Assembly: GCA_951406725.2 (NCBI GenBank)
Contig: OX597831.1
Coordinates: 35,774,001 to 35,838,000, forward strand
Length of the DNA stretch: 64,000 nt
Source of the DNA: Octopus vulgaris
Lineage: Eukaryota
Direction of reading: 5' to 3'
A program made the translations under genes and the position numbers. The notes under the pieces were generated by a model, which saw nothing but the letters and a program-made list of their open reading frames with translations, was not told the origin of the DNA and ran no database searches. Positions 26,630 to 40,685 of the stretch are shown piece after piece (the first letter of the stretch is position 1; each line of letters begins with the position of its first letter).

Positions 26630-27049
26630 TCCATGCCCCCCCCCCTCTTACTCCCATCATGTTGTCTTGTGTTAGAAGTGTCTTTGAAACTGTATGCGTT
26701 TCCAAGGTGTTACTTGATCTGAAATAAAGATTTCTTATGTAAGCTTCTTACATGAAAATTCTGGCAGTCTCTTTAGAAACGTTTAAACCAAGACATTTGT
26801 GATAGTTGCAATTCCCCAAGGGCATCAGAAACAAAAAGTGAAATCATTCCAAATGTGAAGTTTAATATCATAATATGACAGCTTCTTCACCTGCTAGATG
26901 TAGCTGCTAAATCTCCTTCAAATTATACACTAACGTCTCTGAATATGAATGATGCATTGAAGAATGTAGTGAAGGCTATTTGGGGGAAAAAATGGTCAAG
27001 GGTGGAATATGTTTGATCATAGGTATCAATGGAAATTATAGCTGTGATC

Positions 27050-27372
27050 CCTGTGCCGGTGGCACATAAAAAGCACCATCCGAACGTGGCTGATGCCAGT
27101 GCCACCTCGACTGGCTTCCGTGCTGGTGGCACATAAAAAGCACCAATACGATCGTGGCCGTTGCCAGCCTTGCCTGGCACCTGTGCCGGTGACACGTAAA
27201 AAGCACCCACTACACTCATGGAGTGGTTGGTGTTAGGAAGGGCATCTTGCTGTAGAAACACTGCCAGATCAGACTGGTGCCTGGTGCAGCCTTCTGGCTT
27301 CCCAGATCCCGGTCGAACCGTCCAACCCATGCAAGCATGGAGAACGGACGTTAAACGATGATGATGATGATG
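27050..27372 (+). mobile_element. Element D
   Basis: Same repeats and (GAT)n tail. Confidence 0.85.
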
Positions 27373-27916
27373 ACAGGTAAGTGCAGATGTGGCTGCATGG
27401 TTAAGAAGCTTGCTTTGCAAACACATGTTTTTGGGTTCAGTTCCTCTAGGTGGCACCTTGGTCAAGTGTCTTTTACAGTAGCTTTGAGCTAATCTTTGCT
27501 TTGTGAATATATTTAGCAAAGAAAATCTTTGTGGAAACCCATACATGATGGGCTCTCCTGTCAAAAACAACGTATAAGTGTTCAGCTTTTGTGCCAAATG
27601 ACCTGCACAAAGGATTTGTTTATAGAGATCAAATGTTTGTGTCACACATTAGCTTGCTCCATTCATTAAATCGACATTTTCTGAAGATGTACTGCATACT
27701 AAGTTCCAGATGTGTCAAAGTGACCGTAGACAAATGTGAGGTGAAGTGTTTTGCTCAAGAACACAATGCACCAACCAGTCTAGGAACTGAAACCATGATT
27801 TAGCAATATTGAGCTCAACACTCTAATCACTGAGCCATGTTTTTTCATTATATATATCTATACCTATATATATGTATATGTACATATATCTATCTATCTA
27901 TCTCTCTCTCTATATA

Positions 27917-27967
<51 letters not shown>

Positions 27968-27969
27968 TC

Positions 27970-28231
27970 TGGCCTACGTGCCGGGGGCACGTAAAAAGCA
28001 CCATCCGAGCGTGGCCGTTCACCAGCCTTGTCTAGCACCTGTGTCGGTGGCACATAAAAAGCACCCACTACACTCAGGGTGTGGTTGGCATTAGGAAGGG
28101 CATCCAGCTGTAGAAACACCGCCAGATATGACTGGCCTGGTGCAGCCTTCGGGCTTCCCACACCCCAGTTGAACTGTCCAACCCATGCTAGCATGGAAAG
28201 CGGACGTTAAACGATGATGATGATGATGATG
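27970..28231 (+). mobile_element. Element D
   Basis: Same repeats and (GAT)n tail. Confidence 0.85.
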
Positions 28232-28284
28232 ATATATATGGATAGATAGATAGTTAGATAGATAAATAGATAGAAAGATATTCT

Positions 28285-28335
<51 letters not shown>

Positions 28336-28517
28336 TGATCAGAAAATGGAGAAAACCTCAGATTAACAAACACATCGATTAGACCACATTTATAGCTTAT
28401 CTTTTAATAGCACACCAATGCCCGGTGATAACATGGGTAATGGATACTGATAGTACATACTGATATTTTATCCCTCAGTTGGTTATTATAACCACTAACT
28501 CTGTTTACACAATGTAT

Positions 28518-28569
<52 letters not shown>

Positions 28570-28633
28570 GTATATATATATACACATATATAGATATATA
28601 TATATATATGTATATAAGTATACACACACACAC

Positions 28634-28665
<32 letters not shown>

Positions 28666-28702
28666 GTATGTATATATATATATATATATGTAGGTATATA
28701 TG

Positions 28703-28801
<99 letters not shown>

Positions 28802-29153
28802 GGAAAAAAAGGGCAGCAAACATTAAGGTAAGGCAGACATCTGAAGTTGTATACAATATTATTATAGGAAGAAATTTAAAATCTTACAGCTGTTTCTGGG
28901 ATATTCCCGAGTATGGGATATTCCGTCTTATGAGACAAATAAGGAAAAGATAGGGAAAATGAAAATGGCATATATTAATGAGATGATGACATAGAGGAAG
29001 GAAATAAAAGAATAAGGAGATAGAATGTAAGAACAAAAAAGAAGCATGAAAATTCATAGTCCAATTTGCCGAAGAGTTATAGAAACCAGACCATGATTTA
29101 GATCACCTGTGAACTAAACCCCCATACTTTGTGTGTGTGTGTGTTTGTGTGTG

Positions 29154-29219
<66 letters not shown>

Positions 29220-29264
29220 CATACATTTATATATATATATATATATATAAATGTATGTATGTAT

Positions 29265-29360
29265 TATGTGGTCTGATCAAATAGTATCCGGACTGTTGCC
29301 GTAGTAACGAATCTAAAGCACACAGTTTAAAGCTGCTTGACACAGACTGACCTTGAACAG
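29265..29360. mobile_element. Possible mariner-type terminal fragment
   Basis: tatgtggtctgatcaaatagtatccggactg resembles mariner TIRs; no partner TIR seen. Confidence 0.35.
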
Positions 29361-29807
29361 GGTAAGTAAGCTAGAACGTTAAAACTTTGTGTGCATGCAT
29401 ATGTATGTATGCAAATCTATGTGTGTGTGTGTGTCTTTATATATGTTCTGCCACAGCTTGAAAACTGGTGTTGGTTTGTTTATGTCCCTGTAGCTTAGTA
29501 ATTTGGCTAAAGAAACCGATGCAATTAACAGTAGGATTAAAAGTAAGTGCTGGTCTTGGTTCCTTCCACTAAACCCTTGAAACTGGTGTCCCTGAATGGC
29601 CACAGTCCAGCAAAGTTAAAAATAAAAGATAGGTCTGGTTAATCAGGACTGACATGGCACTAAACTATAGCAGCGGTTACAACAACAATAGCAACAGCTT
29701 GTCCTTGAGGTAAGTTCTATGTGGCTACTCGACAAGCTTGAAATAGCAGCCATATCTTACTGAACCCACACATTAATATTTTCAAAATAACACTAAAAAT
29801 GGCCAGT

Positions 29808-29863
<56 letters not shown>

Positions 29864-29999
29864 ATACACATATGTATGTGTGCATAAAGATTTTCTTAAA
29901 TTAAAAGTTATTTATCACATGAAGAAACCATAACTAGAAGCAGACTAACAAATTTTTGGAAGGAAGTTTTATATTGTGTGTATGTGCTTTCACGAGTTA

Positions 30000-30345
30000 T
30001 AGGGTAATTAACATAGAGGAAGTTGTTTTTAGAAGTGGTGTTCACTATTTTCAATTTAGTTGCTTATAAAACATTAATCTGCTGCCTTTTGTAGTCCACC
30101 ACTTTCTTTTTTTTTATTATTTTGAATTTATACTTGAACAAATATTTAGATGTTCACTACATGAAACATTTCTAAGAGATTGATATTTTACTTTGTTGCT
30201 TATGAACTCTAATCCGATCTATTAATTTTGGTCCCATTTGGCCTATATAATTCTCAGTACATTGTGGGCATGTGAAACAGTTAATGAGATTTTTTTCGTT
30301 TTGCAACTCATATTGGCATTAAATTTCAGTTCCTTGAAGTTTTTA
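30000..30345 (-). mobile_element. PLE GIY-YIG remnant, homologous to 60-400
   Basis: NLINCFTCPQCTENYIGQMGPKLIDRIRVHKQQ; shares tagaggaagt(c/t)gttttta and atgaaacatttcta with the first PLE. Confidence 0.85.
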
Positions 30346-30724
30346 TTTCTTTATTTAATTATTTGACACACACACACACACATGTATATATATATATATA
30401 TACACTCACACACACACATATATATGTATGTATATATGTGTGTGTTTATACATATATATTCAAATGCACACATATATTCTACATGTATATGTATATGCAC
30501 ATACACTCAAACACACACACACACACACACTTATATATGTGTGTGTGTGTGTTGAGTATATGTGTATATACATATACATGTAGAATATACATAGATACAT
30601 ATATGGATATATGTGTGTTTGTGTGAATATATATGTATGCACACAAACACATACATATATACATTTAATTACATGGTAATCACATTTGGTTAAAATGGCT
30701 TATTGATGTTTTTTGTTTCTTTTC

Positions 30725-30811
30725 TTCCCTGATGAGATAAATGCTTTGTTTTACATCATTTTTATTCTCTCCGGAATGATCTCAATGCCTTTTTTGAAAC
30801 ATATGTTGGAA
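30725..30811 (+). ncRNA. Type I hammerhead motif, canonical core, long imperfect stem II
   Basis: TTCC|CTGATGA|~60 nt imperfect hairpin|GAA|ACatatGT|T|GGAA. Confidence 0.6.
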
Positions 30812-31301
30812 ATATAAATCGTTTGAATAATACCTGCATTTGACTCCATTTCTTAATTTATCCATTTTATACAAAAACATTTTATTTAATCCTGGAATTT
30901 CTACTTTTATAGGTAATCTGTAATATCTTTGGCATTTATGTGAACTTTTGCTACCCTGGTAACTATTTATCTATCTTTTTCTTGCTATTCGAACACATTG
31001 AAAAAATATACATATATTTACATACATACAAATATATATATATATAAACACACACACATATATACATATTTGTATGTATGTATATTGACACATGAGTGAC
31101 ACGAGTGCAACTGTCAATATTTTTGAAGCTTTCAAGGTAACAGCAAGCAAAAACAAACAAAACAGAGATTTCAAATGGATAGATAATCAGGCAGGTGTAT
31201 CGAGAAGGAAGATCAGTAAATACATAGAGAGAAATGCATTGAAACTGGTAGATCTTGTAAGTGTTAAAGAGAGAGAGAAAGAAAGAGAGAGAGAGTGAGT
31301 G

Positions 31302-31348
<47 letters not shown>

Positions 31349-31484
31349 AGAAAAACAGCTAAAGAAATGAATAATGAAAATTACAAATGAGGTATGAAAT
31401 AATTCGTTTTTAACACTTGAACTCAAAGTAGATAATGCTATAAATAATAACTTGCAAATATTGGATTAAATATCCCTTTATTCT

Positions 31485-31867
31485 TTTATTCTTCTTTCAC
31501 TTGTTTCAGTCATTTGACTTCGGCCATGCTGGAGCACTGTCATTAGTGGAACAAATCAACCCCAGGACTTATTCTTTGTAAGCCTAGTACTTATTCTATT
31601 GATCTCTTTTGCCGAACTGCTAAGTTACAGGGATGTAAACACACCAACATCGGTTGTCAAGTGATGGTGGGGACACAAGCACAAACACACAAACACACAC
31701 ACATATGCAACAGGCTTCTTTCAGTTTCTGTCTACCAAATCCACCCACAAGGCTTTGGTCAGCACGAGGCTATAGTAGAAGTCACTTGCTCAAGGTGCCA
31801 TGCAGTGGGACTGAACCCAGAACTATGTGGTTGGTAAGCAAGCTACTTAGCACACAGCCACTCCTGG
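31485..31867 (-). mobile_element. SINE family A
   Basis: Full-length reverse copy. Confidence 0.9.
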
Positions 31868-32299
31868 ACAGAAAAAATTTGAATGTTGTCTGTGAGGCAT
31901 GAACTCACATATTTTGTAAACATGTGAAATGTTCTACCATTGTACCAAAGCAACCCTTCAAATTTCGCCATCGATTTTAGAAACTTTGTTCTTACCAGTA
32001 AGGATTGAATGTTGGCTTATGTCTTAAGACAGAATTTATTTTTGCCAGTGAGACTTGAAGTACATAATGCTATAAATAATAGAATGTAGCTTCTGCCTGT
32101 CCAAAAGATTTTGGATTGGATTGGATCACTCATGTTCAGTCTATTGTATGATGCAGGCCTCAGGATACTCTCTCCATCGGCCATGGTCTGACGATGAGAC
32201 TGTGAATTTCAGCTCGAGATCACACTGGTTTGATGATCTGTCATGCTGTCATACTGGCTCAACATGGCTTTGAAGAGGTATGCAGATTTTATATTCTTA

Positions 32300-32480
32300 C
32301 CCAGGAGTAGTTAAACCAATTACATCAACCCCAACGCTCAACATGGTACATATTTTATCGACCCCCAAAAGGATAAAAAGTAAAGATGACCTCAGTGGAA
32401 TTTGAACTCAGATTAGGAAGATGGACAAGACACTGCTATGCATTTCCTTCACCTTCTTATGGTTCTGTGAGCTCGCCACC
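32300..32480 (-). mobile_element. SINE family C, diverged
   Basis: ttatcgacccccaaaaggat..gaatttgaactcaga core. Confidence 0.7.
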
Positions 32481-33145
32481 TATATCTACTTGCGATTATT
32501 TCTAGCTTTATCTATTTTGAGTTTCTCTGTTAAAAATGTTTCTAAACTTTTATGATTAAAATATGAATTTATGCAGGGAGAGAAGCATATTCTAGTTTCT
32601 TAGTTTGCAAGTGGGTAGACGAAGACGAAGATGTAGATGTAAATATGAATTAATGAAAAATGAATAAGGTGCACTAGGGGTGCCAGGTAATGTGAAAAAA
32701 ATTTAAAATTGGAATTGAATTGGTAATGAAGAAAAATTTTTCATAAATATGAGAGAAAAAAGAACAAAATAAAAATGAAAATTTAGTGTAAAAACGTAAT
32801 TGGATACGTATGTTTATATTCTGCGACACTATTGGAGCAACAGCGGATGAGATGTGCTATGTTAAGAAGACATATTGTCAAGGATGGTGGGGAGGTCAGT
32901 CTAGATAAGAAAAAGGGAGACAGAAAAATGTGTTTGAGAGAAAAGTTAGGGTTGTGAGCTCAGATGGAAGAATACCTACCTACCTACCTACCTACCTACC
33001 TACCTACATACATACATACATACATACACACATATGTATGTATAGATAGATAAACAGAGAGATAGATATATATGCATTTGTATGTGTGCACTTGCATGCA
33101 AATATATATATATACAGACATATATATATATACACATATATATAC

Positions 33146-33208
<63 letters not shown>

Positions 33209-33504
33209 TAGATAGTTGCTAGATAATTATTCTAACATACGTACACACACATGTATGTCTATGAGTTTGTTTGTGTGTATGTGTATTTATCTATATCTAT
33301 ATCAGTCACTCCATGTATCTATCTATATATGTACATATAAGCATGAATGTATACATGTATGTAAGTATAAGCATATATATAAATATATGTGTGTGTGTTT
33401 GTGCATATGTATATATGTATGTGTATATATATAAATATATATATATATATTTATATACATATATATACACACATATTTATACATATATATATACATACAC
33501 ACAC

Positions 33505-33567
<63 letters not shown>

Positions 33568-33945
33568 GATAAATAGATAGATAGATAGATAGACAGATAG
33601 ATAGATAAAATTAAAAATTAAGAAAATTAGTTTCCCTTGTAGCAGCATGGAATACTTCTAAGCCGTTTCCATAATAAAACGTAGGAATTTTGATGGAATC
33701 TCAGTTGGTAATGTTGTTTGATTCGTTTGAAGATAATTAAAACTGTTTTGTGTTATTCATGTGCCATTGTGAATCATTGAATGGAATAGATATCATAGCA
33801 GCGTTTTGATATATTAATATTTGACATATCCATTGGGAAATAGCATTCATATCTCCCCACTATTTTTTTTTTTTTTTGCTTCTAATCATCAGTATGATAA
33901 ATAATAGTAATAATAATAATAATAATAATAATGATAATAATAATG

Positions 33946-34000
<55 letters not shown>

Positions 34001-34046
34001 GAATAATAACAATAATAATAATAATAATAATAACAATAACAATGAC

Positions 34047-34094
<48 letters not shown>

Positions 34095-34104
34095 AACAAG
34101 CAAC

Positions 34105-35415
34105 AACAAAAAAAAGATAAATTCCAACACTGGTTGAGAAGCTTGAAACTGAAAGCCAAGATTGAAGTGTTCTTAATTGTGGCATGAGATCAAAGTCCCC
34201 CATCCCCCCCCCCCTGCAACCACCCATCAGAAACCGCCAAAAACATATTGAAACAAATACAATAACTGTGGAATATGTGATGATAGAGAAAGCGACAATA
34301 AATCAGATTGTCTCTGGCTGCCCACTCCTGGCCAAGAAGGAAAAAAACATCTATAGATGTGACAGTTTGGGAGTTATACATACTGAGAGCTGTGCCAGAG
34401 TTATGAAATGGCAGCAGATGAATGACGGTTGTAGGCATATCCTAGAAAAAGGTATCAGAAAATGACAAGGCCACCATATTCTGTGATTCACGAATGCACA
34501 CAAAAGGATCAGGGCTAAAGGCCAGATTCCGCTGTCAGCAATCATCAAGGGAAACAAATGCCTTCAAATTGACATATCAGTTCCAATGGATGACAGTGTA
34601 ACTCTAAAAGGAATAATGAAACTCTTGAAGTACAAAGATCTGGAAATAGGGCCTGCTCAAATGAGAAGCTTGAAGACAGAAATCTATTATATAAAAACCA
34701 TTCTGTCTGTCTGCGTGTGTGTCTTCTAGGATCTCGGGCATCCTCCATCAGATTGCGCTCAGATTTGATATGTAGATACCGACGGTATCAGGGCATGTGT
34801 AAGTCTTCAAAAAATTACAAAAATCGATTCCAGGTGAGAATGCGATCGATAAAGCCGTGGGAACGTGCATGTTTCTTTCCTGTCAAGCTTACTTGTTTAA
34901 ACCATATTTGTGTCCTCCCAGTCAACATTACTGGTACTTATCATTACTGGTACTTTAAACTCTTCGGTTGCATATTTGTGTGAATAAAATCGTATTTCTT
35001 TGGAAATGAAAAAAAGTCTATCTTTACTTCTTCTTTTGCTGGTGTCTCAAATTTAGATCAAATCAGTGTTTCTCAGAGGGGAGGCCTATGGATCGGTCGA
35101 ACAAGTTGTTTTGAGAAAATTTGGTTTAAATGTTTGACAACTCAGCACTGTCCATTGGACGGGGAGTGTTTTGCTCATAATCACTATAGTAATAGGTGCA
35201 TTCGGTATGGTTAACAGATATACAAACAAATGCATAACCAAAACACCCAAAACTTATGAATATATACAGCATACAGAAAATAGCACTGCTAGGCACCACA
35301 CATATCCTATATTGAGCACTTTCCATGCAATAAAAATAGCAACCCAAAAGCAAACCACAGTACATAACCAATATACACAGAGTTGTGCACAGCAGTGCAG
35401 TGAAAGCATGTAATA
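34105..35415 (+). mobile_element. R4/Dong-like LINE 3' portion (zinc-knuckle region + REL endonuclease), split by a Helitron
   Basis: HWLRSLKLKAKIEVFLIVA*DQS, TINQIVSGCPLLAKKE, CLQIDISVPMDD, LKYKDLEI, LKTE|IITIVIGAFGMV, IQKIALLGTTHIL; ends in TAATAATAA and follows an (AAT)n/(GAT)n tract. Confidence 0.85.
34683..35177 (+). mobile_element. Non-autonomous Helitron-like insertion
   Basis: Starts A|TCTATTATATAAAA then (CTGT)n; subterminal hairpin near 35145-35170; removing it rejoins the LINE frame at an A|T site with no TSD. Confidence 0.7.
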
Positions 35416-35429
35416 ATAAAAACCCTCTC

Positions 35430-35871
35430 TTCTAAATTTTGTGAGAGGGATATAGTAGATTACACTGACCCTAGTACACAACAGGTATTTATTTTATTGA
35501 GACTGAAAGAATGAAAGACTAAGTCTATCTCAGTAGAGTTTGAACTCAGAATGTGAAGATGGATGAAGTATTACTAAGCATTTTGTTTGATGTGGTAACA
35601 GTTCAACTATCTGGCCACCATAATAATAATAATAACAATAATAATAATTATAATAATAATTCTTTCTACTGGAAGCACAAAGCCTCAAATTTTGGGAAGG
35701 GATTAAATTGATTACATTAACCTCAGGGCATAACTGGTACTTATTTAATCGACCCTGAAAAGATGAAAGGCAAAGTCGACCTTGGCGGAATTTGTACTCA
35801 GAGTGTAATGGCAGATGAAATACCACTAAGCATTTAGCCCGGCATGCTAATGATTCTGCCAGCTTGCTGCC

Positions 35872-35872
<1 letters not shown>
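35430..35872 (-). mobile_element. Two SINE family C copies
   Basis: Core and head motifs twice, separated by (AAT)n. Confidence 0.8.
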
Positions 35873-35962
<90 letters not shown>

Positions 35963-35989
35963 TAATAATAACAATAATAATAATAATAA

Positions 35990-36527
35990 TGCCCTGATGC
36001 AGTACCAGACAGTGACTCTCATGGCTTCTGATCTTAACTGATTGGAATTGTTATCATGTACATTGTTTTGTTTGGGTATAAAAGATGGGCTACAGCAAAT
36101 ATTCTGCTCAATAACACAGATGTGCTTGTCAGTTGTTTGACCATAACCAGTTGAGCATGTTCCTTAGTGGCTGACAATATGTGCATCTCTGATCATGAGC
36201 AGAAGTAGTTGGGGAGCATCATAGCCATGTGTTGAGAGGGATTTTTTGGGGGTTTGAATAATTCATCTCTGGAAACATCCTTAAACAACCCTTATTCAGG
36301 GACCTTTTGAGCAGGATGGGTTACTCGACCAGAAGAAAATTCTAACTGGGCCCGACCTGCAAGATCATGCGCTGTTTATCTTGATATGAGATCACTATGT
36401 CACGTACATATGGTTGTGATGCATGTGCCTGTTGTACCTTATCAGATAGGTTGTCATGATGGATATACTGGGCATCGTATATTTTACCCCAGTGTCACTT
36501 TGATGGCATGCACTGCTCTCTCACTCA
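35990..36527 (+). mobile_element. Element E, flanked by (AAT)n
   Basis: gccctgatgcagtacc..ctctctcactc then (AAT)n. Confidence 0.85.
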
Positions 36528-36544
36528 ATAATAATAATAATAGT

Positions 36545-36760
36545 AATCCTTACTACTAAAGGTACACAGCTTGAAATTTGGGGGTGGGGGAAGTCAGTTG
36601 CATCGACCCCAGAATGTAACTGGTATTTATTTCAGTGACCCCCAAAATGATGAAAGACAAAGTTGACCTTGGTGGAAATTGAACCCAGAACATAAAGACG
36701 GATGAAGTGCTGCTTAGCATTTTGCCCAGAATGCTAATGATTCTGCCAGCTCGATGCCTT
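36545..36760 (-). mobile_element. SINE family C
   Basis: Core and head motifs. Confidence 0.75.
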
Positions 36761-36975
36761 AATTAATAATGATAATAATAATGATAATGGTGATAATAAA
36801 CGTTCCAAATTTTGGCACAAGTCTTTCTCAAATCACATCATACTATCTTAAATGAAAAAGACTATGTCTGAAAATGAATGTAGGCATTGAGATACACACA
36901 CACACACACATGCACACACACACACAGACACACACACACACACATACACACACACATACACAACATCATCATCAT

Positions 36976-37625
36976 TTAGGAAGATGGTATCTGTGCTCTC
37001 CTCCCAGGAACACAACCAAACTGCATCTCATCTAGTTTAATTTTATTCCTAATCAATTGAGCTATAATCCTTTCAGTAACTTTCATGACCTTGTCCAGCA
37101 GTTTGATACCTCTGTAGTTCATTCTCTCTAAGTCCTTACCTTTACACTTGTAGTAGCTCTCTATAATACAACTACACCAGTCAAGGGAGATGACGTATTC
37201 CTGAATAACCCGATTAACTATGAGAGCGACTAAGATGTATCCCACAATGCCAGATATTTTAACCATCTCTGCAGTGACACTCAATGGTCCAGGGGCTTTT
37301 CCTGCCTTCATATCCTTAATTGCCTTATCTATTATACTGCTATCAACTCTGATGGCTGGTCCCTGAGTTGATTCAATGTTTGAAAGATTCTCCTTCTCCC
37401 CTTCATTTTCCACATTCAACAAACTTTCACCGTGGAACCTCCATGCATCTTTCTTTTCTGAGTCACTAAGTGCAAGCATATACCATTTATCTATTTGACA
37501 ACGTTTCTTACCCACCACATCTTTATTCTCTCTGATACACTGCCTTTGAAATCCTGAACACCTCATGGCTCTGATCCTCACGCAGCATAACATTGGCAAA
37601 CCTCTCACTCTCTGCTACTCCTTTT
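36976..37625 (-). mobile_element. RTE-clade LINE reverse transcriptase fragment
   Basis: IDKAIKDMKAGKAPGP..VTAEMVK..DWCSCII..KCKGKDLERMNYRGIKLLDKVMKVTERII..LDEMQFGCVPGR. Confidence 0.92.
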
Positions 37626-37678
37626 GCTAAGTTTACTTCTAATATAGGATAAAATGTTTTCAAAAAAATTTATCGTAT

Positions 37679-37737
37679 TCTCTGTTGATGAAGGGAAAAA
37701 TCCATTGGATTAATCCCCAAATTGATCAATACAGAGA
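37679..37737 (+). ncRNA. Degenerate hammerhead motif (C3U, G12C)
   Basis: TCTCTG|TTGATGA|a|GGGAaaAATCCAtTGGATTaaTCCC|CAA|ATTGATCAAT|A|CAGAGA. Confidence 0.55.
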
Positions 37738-37899
37738 TAATGCACTTTTAAAACAAAATTCTATAAGCTTGCTTTCCTCAATTCAGCACAATGTGTATTT
37801 TATAGTGATGTATATTGTATGTGATGATTAACAATTTAAAGTCTATTTCTCAGCATATTGGCTTAGAACTTTTTTCTTTTGCCCTTATTTATAATTGTA

Positions 37900-37978
<79 letters not shown>

Positions 37979-38081
37979 ATAATACATGTTTTAAAATTTT
38001 TTCTGATTTTTCTGTTTGCTAGGTTAGTGGTTTTAAATTGATGTTAATTAAATTAATATTCAATTTATCACCCTCACTATT

Positions 38082-38123
<42 letters not shown>

Positions 38124-38754
38124 CATACATATATCAAGATGAGATGGTCACTTCTAGAATGCATTTGATCTTAAGTTTGCCCACTCAGGACTGACCTAGG
38201 GTTAATAGGCAACAACAACAAGAACACCAACAGCAACATCACCACCAGCAACAATGACATCTATGGCCAAAGCCTTCTCTTGCCTGTTTCATCTTACTTC
38301 TCAGTACATCCACATGGGAATTAGATGATAAAACTCAAGCTTACAACATCCTTTATATAGAGACTGAAGTCAGAAGCAGTCTCTCATAATATTATTATAG
38401 GAAAAACTTGCTACTGACTACCTCCTGATGTCTAGATTTATAGCTATATTGAACTTCAAACATACTTCCACTAATTATTATGACATAGCGAAACATTTTG
38501 CTTGTGATTGATGTTGAATTGTGAATTATCGGCAATCATGGATAAAAGATAAATGCACAAAAGCTAATTATTTTTGATGGGCGAAAACCTGTGAGCTACA
38601 CTTGTAATAAATAACATTTGCACATGATGACACGAAATTCTTCTGCTTTATATAGCAAATTCATATTGCGCGCATGCACACACACAGACACAGACACACA
38701 CACACACACAGACAAACAGACAGACATACACACACACAGATGTACACACACATC

Positions 38755-38806
<52 letters not shown>

Positions 38807-38871
38807 TATAGATATAGATTTATAGATATATAGATATACATATAGATAGCTAGATAAACAGGTATGTGTAC

Positions 38872-38920
<49 letters not shown>

Positions 38921-39179
38921 CATGTATGTGTGTAAATATATATGTGTGTTGTGTATATATATATATATGTATTTATATATGTGTGTGCACGTGGATATAT
39001 ATGGATATGCGTATAAATGTTAGTATGTATGTATATATGTATGTAATATTTTTATGCATGTATGCAAATCATATCAGTGTTATTGTATTTATTCCATTGA
39101 AAATATTTCCCTTTCAAATGTGATGTGAAATTATCTTTTGTGTGCAGCATGTGTGTCTAATATACACACACACACACTA

Positions 39180-39204
39180 ATGTCTGATGTGTATGTGCAT
39201 TTGT

Positions 39205-39271
<67 letters not shown>

Positions 39272-39830
39272 ATTTAGAGCTAGATTGGAAGAAGGGCTTC
39301 ATTACATTATTTCCAGTGGTTTTTGGTGACAATGTTTGTGGACATTCTGACGTTGTAACCTTGAGTATGCCTGTTGCTTTGGAGGAAGACACAACACTGT
39401 CATTGCTATCAACACCCACCATCATTTTCATCTCATCAGCATCAACACCACCACCACCACCACCACCACCTCCATCATCATCACTGTTGTCTTGGCATCA
39501 TCATCCTCATCACCATCGTCATCATCATCATTACCACTACTACCATCAGCAGTAGCACCACCACCATCATCATTGTTGTCGCCTCTCTCCTCCCCTCCCC
39601 TCCTAACTTCCTCCTCCTCCTCCTCCCCTCCTTCACTCCCCCTCCTCCTCCTTACCACCACCACCACCACCACCACCACCACCATACTCATTATAATCAT
39701 CATCCCCATCATCATCATCTTCATCTTCATCGTTGTTGTCACCACTGGTACCCTCCTCCCCCCTCCCCCTCCTACTCCCCCTCCTCCCCCTCTTCATCAT
39801 TCCCATTGGCAACTTCGTCACCATCATAAC
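39180..39830. repeat. (TG)n plus degenerate (CAC/CAT/CCT)n triplet tract
   Basis: Direct inspection. Confidence 0.9.
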
Positions 39831-40094
39831 TGTCAATATCTTTCTCATTATCATTGTCAAACATTGTTTTATTTTCAATTTCTTATCAACAATGTCAATG
39901 GATTGCATGCTTTGCTCATTCTAATCCTGAATCAATTTGTTCTGTGAGACCCAGCATTCTAAAAACAAAACAAAAAAAAGAAACGAACCAATTACCCACC
40001 TGAATCTTCTTTGGTCTCACTTACTCTGCCACGGGCATCTCCCACTCCACACTCTCTACCTATTCATCTGTTATAACATTAATTACCAAAACAA

Positions 40095-40685
40095 AGGTGG
40101 TGAGCTGGCAGAATCATTAGCACTTTTTCATCTCTTTACGTTCTGAGTTCAAATTCTGCCGAGGTCGACTTTGCCTTTCATCCTTTCGGGGTCGATTAAA
40201 TAAGTACTAGTTACGCACTGGGGTCGATATAACCGACTTAATTCCTTTATCTGTCCTTGTTTGTCCTCTCTGTGTTTAGTCCCTTGTGGGCAATAAAGAA
40301 ATAAGAATCATTAGCACGCCGGGCAAAATGTTTAGCGCTTTTTCATCTCTTTATGTTCTGAGTTCAAATTCTGCTGAGGTCGACTTTGCCTTTTGTCCTT
40401 TCGGGGTTGATAAATTAAGTACTAATTGACTGGCTCCCTTCCCCAAAATTTCAGGCCTTGTGCCTAGAGTAGAAAAGAATCGTTAGCTCACTGGGTGAAA
40501 CACTTAGCTTAGCAGCATTTCGTCCTTCTTTATGTTCTGAGTTCAAAATCTGCTGAGGTCAGCTTTGCCTTTCATCTTTCTGGGGTTGATTAAATAAGTA
40601 CCAGTTACACACTAGGGTCAATGTAATTGACTTAATCCCTTCCCCCCACTAAATTTCAGGCCTTGTACCTACAGTAGAAAGGATT
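40095..40685 (+). mobile_element. SINE family C, three tandem units
   Basis: Repeated gttctgagttcaaattctgc..gtcgactttgcc..taagtac. Confidence 0.88.

Noticed and set aside
26719-26751. 33-35 nt GT-AG micro-intron candidates (also 50459-50493)
   Set aside because: Below the usual spliceosomal minimum; flanking frames not convincing; likely chance in AT-rich DNA.
31880-31955. tRNA-like sequence on the minus strand followed by a T-run
   Set aside because: Only the T arm pairs well and no anticodon is assignable; at most an old pseudogene or SINE head.
32182-32230. CTGACGA, stem, GAGA hammerhead-like motif
   Set aside because: GAAA is mutated and there is no helix III or stem I partner.
35990-36527. 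HDV-like ribozyme in element E
   Set aside because: Could not build the nested double pseudoknot (no P1.1 GG, short P1).
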